Below, in pieces: positions 10,515 through 18,525 of a DNA stretch of 64,000 nucleotides. The position numbers and the translations under genes are program-made. This DNA is from a virus: positions 18,954 to 82,953 of the IMG/VR virus record IMGVR_UViG_3300018080_000154; one strand, 5' to 3'. The notes beneath the pieces were generated by a model, which was given only the letters and a program-made list of their open reading frames with translations, did not search any database and was not told the DNA's origin. The stretch's first letter is position 1. Every line of letters starts with the position of its first letter.

Positions 10515-10856
10515 TCAGTATGGACTATCGAGTAGATAGTTGATTGAAAGTGGTTCGTCCTGAAAAGGTGGTGCGTTAAGTCTGTGAGGTTGTTCGGGAT
10601 CAAGCCTCAAAAGAAACCCGCGTTGGTCAGGTCGTTCGGTAAAGTCTCTATCGGGATTGTTAGCCCCACCTATTAATTTTAACCCACTTAGGTGAACTTC
10701 CAAACTGCCTGGGACAAATTTTTCGTCGTCTGGTAGTAAGTATTCTAAATTTACACTATTTTTATCACCAATAGGCTTAACATCTCTTCGAAGCAAGTGT
10801 TCTAAAAGATAGTAAGTGTCTTGAGTCAATCTTGAATTGGCGCTTTCTCCACTCAT
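10515..10856 (-). CDS. hypothetical structural protein
   Basis: 113 aa; FVPGSLEVHLSG motif seen in virion proteins. Confidence 0.6.
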   Translation of the reverse strand: MSGESANSRLTQDTYYLLEHLLRRDVKPIGDKNSVNLEYLLPDDEKFVPGSLEVHLSGLKLIGGANNPDRDFTERPDQRGFLLRLDPEQPHRLNAPPFQDEPLSINYLLDSPY

Positions 10857-10859
10857 TTA

Positions 10860-11144
10860 CTAGATCCCGACCCATGCCCAAACTCTAACTTGAGTCGATC
10901 TTTTTTCTGGTATGCGAATGTAAACCTCGTCTTGATTTTCTAAGTCAAGCGATATCGATTTGTCTCGAGGATACAATTTACCGTCTAGATCATGACCGTT
11001 AAAGCTGAATTCTACAGTATTTTCTCTACTGTCGTTTACAATAATGATATGCCGAGCGTTGAAACCAAACTTAAAATTGGGTACGTTAACCCACTTATCA
11101 GAATCGATTGTTTTTTCATCGAAAAAATGGTTACGATCAGACAT
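10860..11144 (-). CDS. small beta protein, paralog of next ORF (possible capsid decoration)
   Basis: FGF..H...VEFSFNG....GKL...VY...VRVWAW. Confidence 0.65.
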   Translation of the reverse strand: MSDRNHFFDEKTIDSDKWVNVPNFKFGFNARHIIIVNDSRENTVEFSFNGHDLDGKLYPRDKSISLDLENQDEVYIRIPEKRSTQVRVWAWVGI

Positions 11145-11147
11145 ATC

Positions 11148-11399
11148 TTATTCCCATGCAAAAACTCTTACGACTGCGCCGGTTCCTTTGAGATACACTT
11201 TGTCAACGTTCGCACCGTGAAAATCTACAAGACCATCTGTGGTGAGAAGTTTACCATGAGTGTCAATACCGTTATAACTGAATTCAACATCAGCAGTTTT
11301 GGTACACATTTTCAAATGATTTGCAGCAAATCCAAAATCTACAACAGTGTCTTTGTAGTTTGCAGTTGCCGTTTTTTCATCAAATATTTTGTTCTGCAT
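11148..11399 (-). CDS. small beta protein, paralog of previous ORF
   Basis: FGF..H...VEFSYNG....GKL...VY...VRVFAW. Confidence 0.65.
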   Translation of the reverse strand: MQNKIFDEKTATANYKDTVVDFGFAANHLKMCTKTADVEFSYNGIDTHGKLLTTDGLVDFHGANVDKVYLKGTGAVVRVFAWE

Positions 11400-11811
11400 T
11401 TTTCTTTCCTTTCACCAATGAGCTATGTCGTAAACGACCAATCTTAATGACGTCCACTCTACTCATTCGTGGGCGTTTACCAAAATACACTAAAACTGAA
11501 ATCTGAACATCGTCGACTTGGCAAATAATTCTCTCACCAACGTACTCGTCATTTTTTCTGTGTTTGATTATTTCTGCAAAGTAAACACGGCGGGAAAATT
11601 TTTTGGGAGAGGGAAGGGTGTACAGCTGAGAATTATAAATAATCCCCATTCCAGTTATCTGTTGTTGAAAACTGTAGTCCGTACACAACGCATCCCACTT
11701 CCCCTTCTGAACCGAGTCGGTCAGATCGAAAGTTAACGTATCACCATTTTTTACGTTAACCTTTATCATGATAGAAAAACCTTTTGTGCATAAATAACAT
11801 GTATTCGCCAA
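11380..11811 (-). CDS. hypothetical protein (start probably near 11769)
   Basis: ORF in operon; downstream Met MIKVNVK is the more plausible start. Confidence 0.55.
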   Translation of the reverse strand: MANTCYLCTKGFSIMIKVNVKNGDTLTFDLTDSVQKGKWDALCTDYSFQQQITGMGIIYNSQLYTLPSPKKFSRRVYFAEIIKHRKNDEYVGERIICQVDDVQISVLVYFGKRPRMSRVDVIKIGRLRHSSLVKGKKNAEQNI

Positions 11812-11839
11812 ATAAGAATTTTCAAAAAATTAAAGAAGA

Positions 11840-12175
11840 CTACTTCTTGTTGTTACCCGACTTGAAAGAAGATCCCATTTTTTTAGAAACGGGTTTCTTT
11901 TCATCTGTCTTTGGCTTTTCCTCGGTCTCGGTTTTCACTTCAACCTTGGGTTTTTTTACTTCCTTAACAACGGCTTTTCTTTCGTCGATAAGTCTGATCA
12001 TTTTTGCCAATTCAGGTTTCGTTTCTTTAATGTGAAGATACTCGTCTCTTGAGACAATTTTCATTACCTTCGGCACCAAGTGAACTGAACCTTTGACAGA
12101 ACGGTTACAACCTTCGGGGAAGTCTTCTAAATACTCAGGCATCTTACCTAAATATTGTATCTTGACTTTATCCAT
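11840..12175 (-). CDS. hypothetical Lys-rich protein
   Basis: GGGAG SD, 111 aa. Confidence 0.6.
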   Translation of the reverse strand: MDKVKIQYLGKMPEYLEDFPEGCNRSVKGSVHLVPKVMKIVSRDEYLHIKETKPELAKMIRLIDERKAVVKEVKKPKVEVKTETEEKPKTDEKKPVSKKMGSSFKSGNNKK

Positions 12176-12199
12176 TTTAGACTCCCGTCATAAAAGGTT

Positions 12200-12493
12200 T
12201 CACTTCTTCTTCTTCGCTGCTTTCACCACCGCTTTCTTGGTCGCCGACTTAGCCACGGATTTCTCCGAAGCCTTCGGGGCAGGCTTCTCTTCAGAAGTAT
12301 CCTCTTTATCAACAGGTTTTGAAGTAGTTTTCTTAGGTGCTTCAACTTCTACTTTCGTATACGTTAAATCACCTGAAGAGTATTTTGCAACTTCTTCTTC
12401 TGTTAGCAATTGAGGTTTACCCTTTTCGAACCTACGATCACGAAGGTGAACGAACTGTGCATCTCTTGGTTGCACTTTAAACATTGTCGGCAT
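12200..12493 (-). CDS. small basic protein downstream of capsid
   Basis: AGGAG SD; K/A-rich tail. Confidence 0.65.
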   Translation of the reverse strand: MPTMFKVQPRDAQFVHLRDRRFEKGKPQLLTEEEVAKYSSGDLTYTKVEVEAPKKTTSKPVDKEDTSEEKPAPKASEKSVAKSATKKAVVKAAKKKK

Positions 12494-12524
12494 ACACTTA
12501 TCTCCTATTTTTAGTTAGACGGTG

Positions 12525-13733
12525 TTACACCAAACCAATGTTCTTACCAAGAACGCATGCGTCTGTTTCTTCGATTTGAACAGCAACACGAGCGGTCATG
12601 GCAAATTGGTTTACAGACTTGAAGATGTCGCGATCTCTTTCAATCCGGATGTCTCGACCGATACCGTAAATCAAGTTGCGGTATTCAGTCAGGATGATTT
12701 GAGACTCAGTTTGATACGTTACCTTAACGGTAGCGCCATCACTGATTCCTCCACCACCTGTACGAGCCAATGTTCCGTTGACAAGATCGACTACGTAGTC
12801 TGTTGTGTCAACATAAGGAGCAGTTGGTGTACCAGCCAAATTTGAAGGAAGAACAAAAACGTTACTGAGTTTCTTGTGTTTGAGTTGAACTGCTGTCGTT
12901 CCACTTAATGTAACATGCTCAACTACTGTTGGCTGTTGATCAAGAAGAGGAACTGGAACAAGTTCGATTCCAAACGGTGTGAGGTTTCGTGTCGTCATAA
13001 GAGCAAGGTCGCCTTCGGCGGTTGCACGTGACGCAACGTTGTTACGATAGTTTTGTTCCGACTCTGGTGAGCAAAGGAATTTCAACATACCGCGATTTCT
13101 TTTGAATTTCTTTGGCATGGCATTGATCATCTTGTTGAAGATCGTTGGTCCCATGTTTGCTCCAGCAAAATCCACGACGTGAGATGCACCGGCGAGTGTC
13201 AACCAACCGTCCTGAAGTGCAAGAAAACCGTCTTTGATATGATTGGTAGCGTGGCCGCCTTCAATGATATCTGCTTCAACAACCGATTGACCAAGCGTGT
13301 TGCCCGAAATGCAAAGCTCTTCCAAGTCATTTACAAATTGGGTCGCCATCATCTTAACGATGTGGTCTTCAATTGTCATTTCTTCCAGGTTTTCGATTTC
13401 GAATTCATCACTGATTTCGAAAGGTACCATTACCTCTTTGGGGTTCATGGAAATTTTCGATGTTGTTACACCGCGTCGAATTCCTGGATCCGTTGCTTCC
13501 ACTTTAGGAACTGCAACCCTTTTGCCAACCTGAATCTTATCGATATCAGTTTGACCGCCTTTTAGTCTTGCGACCCTGACTTTTCCTTTCAAGCTTGAAA
13601 GATCGACAACGTAATCGATAAATTTGTCAGCCTGCTCTGGATTTAATTTTCCATTTGTGGCGATGGCAGAAGTATCGATGATGCCCTTCTCAACGAGTTC
13701 TTTCATTTTAGCCAGAAGTTCTGTGTTGTTCAT
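12525..13733 (-). CDS. major capsid protein (HK97 fold)
   Basis: GKLNPEQADKFI, DLEELCISG, QDGWL, NLIYGIGRDIRIE motifs; AAGGAGG SD; follows scaffold. Confidence 0.92.
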   Translation of the reverse strand: MNNTELLAKMKELVEKGIIDTSAIATNGKLNPEQADKFIDYVVDLSSLKGKVRVARLKGGQTDIDKIQVGKRVAVPKVEATDPGIRRGVTTSKISMNPKEVMVPFEISDEFEIENLEEMTIEDHIVKMMATQFVNDLEELCISGNTLGQSVVEADIIEGGHATNHIKDGFLALQDGWLTLAGASHVVDFAGANMGPTIFNKMINAMPKKFKRNRGMLKFLCSPESEQNYRNNVASRATAEGDLALMTTRNLTPFGIELVPVPLLDQQPTVVEHVTLSGTTAVQLKHKKLSNVFVLPSNLAGTPTAPYVDTTDYVVDLVNGTLARTGGGGISDGATVKVTYQTESQIILTEYRNLIYGIGRDIRIERDRDIFKSVNQFAMTARVAVQIEETDACVLGKNIGLV

Positions 13734-13795
13734 GTTTTTCCTCCTTAAGACATTTGAACTTCACACCAAAAACATTCACATGCAACTGGGCATTT

Positions 13796-14764
13796 TTAGT
13801 AGCCGTGGATTACACTGTGAAACAATGACTTTGGTTTTTCTTTTTTCACTTCTGTTTCAACAGTATCTTCAACGTCGCCGTCGGATTTACTTGTTGGAGC
13901 AGAGGCAGATTTTTCGAGATTTTCAACACGGCCAACGACCGCATCAATTTTCTCATCGAGACCTTTGAGAAGTTTTACGACTTCGCTGTCTTCGTCTTTC
14001 TTCTCTTCGGTTTTTGCTTCGGTAGCAGTAGTTTCTTTAGAGGGTGTTTCCTCTGTTTTTACTACTTCTTCACCTTCAACCGGCTTAACTTCTTCAGGAG
14101 TTTGTTCGGTTTTGGGATCAGTTACTTCAGCGTCAGCACTTTTGTTTGTAGTTTTGTCGCTCACGTTGCTTCCTCCCTTTTCTGAGCTAGTATCTTGAGG
14201 ACTAGCACCTTGAACAAGTTCCGACAAAATACTGATGACGTCTTCTAATTTTTTGAGTCTTTCTTTTGAAAGTTTTCTACCAGCCTTTTCAACCGGTGCT
14301 TCTTTCGAGATTGGCTCTCCAAATTGTGCAATAACTTTGACAAGACTTTTTGCAACGTCTTTGATCTGAGTTATCACATCACCAGGAAGTCTTTGCTTGT
14401 CAACATTCTCTTCCTCACTGTCGTTGTCGACTGAAACCACTTCCAACGCGTCAATAGATTTTGCAATCGACATTAGCGTTTCGGTAGTTTCTCTCACGGC
14501 CTTAAGAACACTTTCTTTAACGTCGTGAGATACCTGTTTGATGACATCGTCGTCAGCAGGCGCATCGACTACATCACTAGATTCTGTGCTCTTATTGATG
14601 TCTTCGACAACATCATCGAAAAGTTCTGCTTCCTTTCGATTCATTTGCCCACCTTCCTTGCCTTTAAAGAAAATAAAATCTTCTTCATTGGCAGCCTCAT
14701 CCACAATAGAAACCTCTCGTGGACGAATGTTTGTTAAACGACGCTTTGCTTTTTTACCTGCCAA
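13796..14764 (-). CDS. capsid scaffolding protein
   Basis: TTG start after AGGAGG; N-terminal RLTNIRPREVSIVDEAAN; acidic coiled coil; lies before MCP. Confidence 0.75.
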   Translation of the reverse strand: MAGKKAKRRLTNIRPREVSIVDEAANEEDFIFFKGKEGGQMNRKEAELFDDVVEDINKSTESSDVVDAPADDDVIKQVSHDVKESVLKAVRETTETLMSIAKSIDALEVVSVDNDSEEENVDKQRLPGDVITQIKDVAKSLVKVIAQFGEPISKEAPVEKAGRKLSKERLKKLEDVISILSELVQGASPQDTSSEKGGSNVSDKTTNKSADAEVTDPKTEQTPEEVKPVEGEEVVKTEETPSKETTATEAKTEEKKDEDSEVVKLLKGLDEKIDAVVGRVENLEKSASAPTSKSDGDVEDTVETEVKKEKPKSLFHSVIHGY

Positions 14765-14777
14765 AATAATCCTCCTT

Positions 14778-17700
14778 TCATGCAGCAAGTTTTAATAATT
14801 TCTTAAGTTCCCTCACGGTCGCAAGTGCGCCAATAGAAAATCCCGTAAGTTTTTTAAGTTTAACATTTTCCCAAATGGCATCATCAAGAATGCGAACCTT
14901 GAATAACCACGTTCCTTTCTTTATTTTTCTTTTTTGACCTTTCATGTCGACGATTGTCATGTTGGCCGGTGCGGTGTAAGATTGAAGAATTTTCACACGC
15001 TTGTTCACAATGAGTTTGTGCATAAGACCAGTGTTTGCAAAATGCTCCATGAAGAAATCTGCAGCTTTAACCACTGTGTCCTCGTCGTAAGTATCACCAT
15101 GCGCGTCGGTGTCGTTAGGCTTAAGAACAATACCATAGGCAATACGTTCTTCTTTTTTCTCGACACCATTTTCATCTAGGACCTTGACGAATTCAATATC
15201 CTTTTCTTCAAATTCTTCCTCCGTGTTCTCTGACCTTCGACTTTTGAACAACATGTTTTGTTGTTGTATTTGCTCGATGGCATCAACAATGGAAGTGTCT
15301 TGAATATTTTTTAGGATAAACAATTCTTTGAAATCAGATCCTGTGAAACCGTCAGTCAATGCTGCGTATTCGGCTAAAAGATCTTTCTCAAGATAGTCGA
15401 AATAAAGCTTAAGAAATTTTTCTCTCGAGTTGGTTGAAGGTAAACCAATCTCATATTTTTTATCAAATCGACTGGTTCGTTTTAAAAGAGCCTTGTCAAG
15501 ACGCTCGGGATAGTTTGTTGTGGCAATTACCAACGAATTGTCTAGTTGACTCATACCGTCCAAGAAATTTAGAAAACTACTACGTCGACCAATGCTCGAT
15601 GCCACAGTGTCGACGTCTTCGAATACTAGAACTTTTGCTTTGTCTCTAAGTTGCTTATCCAAGAAATCAAACATGTATCCATCTGGTGAATAACTTGAAC
15701 AATCAATGAGAATCGAGTAACGATCCGACTTCATCTTGCTGATGTAGTCTTTAATGAATGTAGTTTTTCCATTTCCGGGAGGTCCATACAATAGTATCCC
15801 ACGTTTATGTGGAATTCCTTGTGATTTGTACCAGCTTCGTTTTGTGAAAAATGTTTCCGTGTCGATGTTAAGTTTTTTGACGATATCCTCGTCAAATATT
15901 GGCTCTACTACGTTACGGTTTTCAATCGGTACCAAAACATACCCGTTACGTGTCATTTCAATAGCGTAGTTTCCTGGCGCATAGTTCAGGTACGGATTAT
16001 TCTGTACTTCCTCACCGTATCCAAGTATCTTTTCAATCTCTTCTTTATCATCAAAGAAAATTATTAATTTACCATCAAGGATAAACGCGTCAATTTTCTC
16101 ACCCTTGACAACAAGATTTACATAACCATGGTATTCAACATCGTCCAAACCAGTGTACGACGCAGATTCTACCTTGTAATTTTCCTCAAGGTATCTGATA
16201 AATCTCTTTTCTGGGTATTCAACGGTTACAAATTTTCTTTCAACGTTGTTTAGTTTTGCAACCTCCATCAAAAGAGATTGTGTTGTTCCCATTATTGCTT
16301 CTTCGGTTCCCCAGTAAACAAGATCCTTATCAAGACGTTTCATATTTCTAATCTGTTCTTGTGACTCGGAACGAAGCTTTTGATCTTTAGGTCTTACGAA
16401 AACAAATGATTTCTCAATCGGTGCATCAGGTGATGCGGTGAGACTGGAGACTTGAGTACCAGATAAAATAAATCGACCAACGAGGAGCCCTTTTTTGCCT
16501 TTAAAGATAAACTCTTTAAAGTTCTTCGCCTGTACGCCGGCTAACCACGTGCCCTGTTCTATCGTCGATATTTTAGCAGACTTAAATCTAGTCGCACCGA
16601 CACCACCCGATGGTACTTCCACTGTACTTTTTTGTGCAACGCTTAACCAATTTTTTGATTGCTTTGACTTAAAAGTACATGGTAGTTCTTTGTTAGAACC
16701 TATCTCGGCTCTAAGTGCATTCACCGTCCCAATGTCTGAACTTCCAGAGATGAGTAAACCGGCCAGATAGTCTAGTGAATTCGGTTTTTGTACACTCATT
16801 CTAAGATCATAATGTTGCCCCTTACCAACACTATGACTATGAAGAACAAACTTCCCCGTCGAACCTTCTTTAATGTTTTCATCAAAAATCATTTCACCAA
16901 AAGATGGTCCTTGAGGTGAAGTTGATTTATCTACCGACTTGTTTATCTCTGGACACAATGTGTCAAAAATTCTTGTGTCGATATTTTCATCATCAATGAA
17001 TTTGCGGAAAGTATTTCTATCCCAGTTGTCCATCACGCTAAACATGTCTACAACTGATTTCTTTACTTCGGACGGTAAAGATATTTTTTCAATTTCATCT
17101 GTTGTGAACGGTAGAGTTTTCTCAAGTTTTTCAATAACGTCGGCCGATACAATACTCAGACCAACTTTGTCTGATGTTTTATTTACAAGAAGTTCTTGTA
17201 TTTCGATACTGGCGATGTCGCCCTTTTCTAATCTGACGTCAGTCGGAGAAGTGCTACCAAGAATTACAAAATTAAAACCTTGGTCGGAAGAAATCTTAGA
17301 ATATTTTTTCACATCCTTTTCATTCACCATCACTCCAACTGAGTACGTGAATTTTTTATTGCCAGCAAATGTTTTATCAATAACCTTTACGTTTGCTTTA
17401 CGAACTTTTTTGAATTTTCTTGCCGGTAGGTTTTTGACAAGTAACTCATCGGTAAGAACTTTATCGATTACGTTGTCACCAAAATGAAGAACGTATCCTG
17501 TAAGATCATGGAAGTCTGTAAAGCTTGTGTCTTCAAACATCTTGTTGACTTCAACAATAATCGGTTTGATTTTTTTGTAATCATTTTCCAACACACCGTC
17601 AGGGTCTATTTCTTCAAATTCTGGAAGCGTTATCTTGTTCATCTCGGTTGTAAGAGCTTCCATACCGATTGTAAATCGATCAAGATAACTCAATTTGTTT

Positions 17701-18215
17701 TCATCTTTCACAAGATTGGCAGACAGGTCAATGAATTCATTAAGAACAGGTATGAAAGTATTGAGTCTTGCTTTTAGTTCGGCAAGTTGTTTTTGATATT
17801 TTTCTTTGAGTTTTGAAAGACGGTCAACCTGGTTGTCTGAAAGATGAGGACTTTCGGTTTCAATCTTATCTTGTATTCTGTCAAAAGAACTTGATGTTGT
17901 TGTTACTCCGGTTTCTTCATCAACCTTTACGTCGTCGAATTCCTTAAAGGTACCAACGATTGCCTTGACGCCAACTGTTATCTGGTGTTCCTTAAGACTT
18001 TCTTCAACGAATCGTTCTCGGCTTATTTGTTCGTAGGTGTAATATTTCCCAATATCATCGAATTTGCCAACGTCGTATCCATTTTTATCTGCCCATTCTG
18101 CTGCCTTTTCTGGAACTGTAAAAGTGTCCTTGTCGAACATTAATGAATGAGTGTGAAGATCAAATCTTTTCTGAGCGATCACGTCCTTGTTTTTCTTGAC
18201 AAGTTTCAATCCCAT
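14778..18215 (-). CDS. multidomain prohead protease (C-terminal XkdF-like serine protease) with LigD phosphoesterase-like and AAA+ ATPase domains
   Basis: C-term YGIVLKPNDTDAHGD..GLMH..GTW..TGFSIG; RGILLYGPPGNGKTT/VFEDVD/TTNYPERLD..RFD; FVLHSH..HYDLRM..IEQGTW..GRFIL. Confidence 0.85.
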   Translation of the reverse strand: MGLKLVKKNKDVIAQKRFDLHTHSLMFDKDTFTVPEKAAEWADKNGYDVGKFDDIGKYYTYEQISRERFVEESLKEHQITVGVKAIVGTFKEFDDVKVDEETGVTTTSSSFDRIQDKIETESPHLSDNQVDRLSKLKEKYQKQLAELKARLNTFIPVLNEFIDLSANLVKDENKLSYLDRFTIGMEALTTEMNKITLPEFEEIDPDGVLENDYKKIKPIIVEVNKMFEDTSFTDFHDLTGYVLHFGDNVIDKVLTDELLVKNLPARKFKKVRKANVKVIDKTFAGNKKFTYSVGVMVNEKDVKKYSKISSDQGFNFVILGSTSPTDVRLEKGDIASIEIQELLVNKTSDKVGLSIVSADVIEKLEKTLPFTTDEIEKISLPSEVKKSVVDMFSVMDNWDRNTFRKFIDDENIDTRIFDTLCPEINKSVDKSTSPQGPSFGEMIFDENIKEGSTGKFVLHSHSVGKGQHYDLRMSVQKPNSLDYLAGLLISGSSDIGTVNALRAEIGSNKELPCTFKSKQSKNWLSVAQKSTVEVPSGGVGATRFKSAKISTIEQGTWLAGVQAKNFKEFIFKGKKGLLVGRFILSGTQVSSLTASPDAPIEKSFVFVRPKDQKLRSESQEQIRNMKRLDKDLVYWGTEEAIMGTTQSLLMEVAKLNNVERKFVTVEYPEKRFIRYLEENYKVESASYTGLDDVEYHGYVNLVVKGEKIDAFILDGKLIIFFDDKEEIEKILGYGEEVQNNPYLNYAPGNYAIEMTRNGYVLVPIENRNVVEPIFDEDIVKKLNIDTETFFTKRSWYKSQGIPHKRGILLYGPPGNGKTTFIKDYISKMKSDRYSILIDCSSYSPDGYMFDFLDKQLRDKAKVLVFEDVDTVASSIGRRSSFLNFLDGMSQLDNSLVIATTNYPERLDKALLKRTSRFDKKYEIGLPSTNSREKFLKLYFDYLEKDLLAEYAALTDGFTGSDFKELFILKNIQDTSIVDAIEQIQQQNMLFKSRRSENTEEEFEEKDIEFVKVLDENGVEKKEERIAYGIVLKPNDTDAHGDTYDEDTVVKAADFFMEHFANTGLMHKLIVNKRVKILQSYTAPANMTIVDMKGQKRKIKKGTWLFKVRILDDAIWENVKLKKLTGFSIGALATVRELKKLLKLAA

Positions 18216-18216
18216 A

Positions 18217-18525
18217 CTATTTCACCTCTTCTGCAATAAAGCCAAGTTTTGGACCATCGGCAATTATTGTCTTAAAAAAATTCTTGTCGTCTGGTTGTAG
18301 TTCAACCTGCTCGGTGTATCTTACAATGCCTTCTTTTGTTTTTTCTGAACCGCCAGACTGTGTGACGTACGGCTGAGAAAACAAACAATAAAAGAAGTCT
18401 GCATTGTATTCTTCATCTTCTTCGTTAGACTGTTCGGCCTCTAAAAATATTTTACCATTATTTTGTTCAACTTTGGCCAAAAGAGTACCATCAAAATTTT
18501 TCAACGCGTATTTCAATCCAACCAC
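18217..18525 (-). CDS. hypothetical protein (candidate partner/immunity of MuF toxin)
   Basis: 102 aa overlapping the end of the MuF gene. Confidence 0.55.
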   Translation of the reverse strand: MVGLKYALKNFDGTLLAKVEQNNGKIFLEAEQSNEEDEEYNADFFYCLFSQPYVTQSGGSEKTKEGIVRYTEQVELQPDDKNFFKTIIADGPKLGFIAEEVK

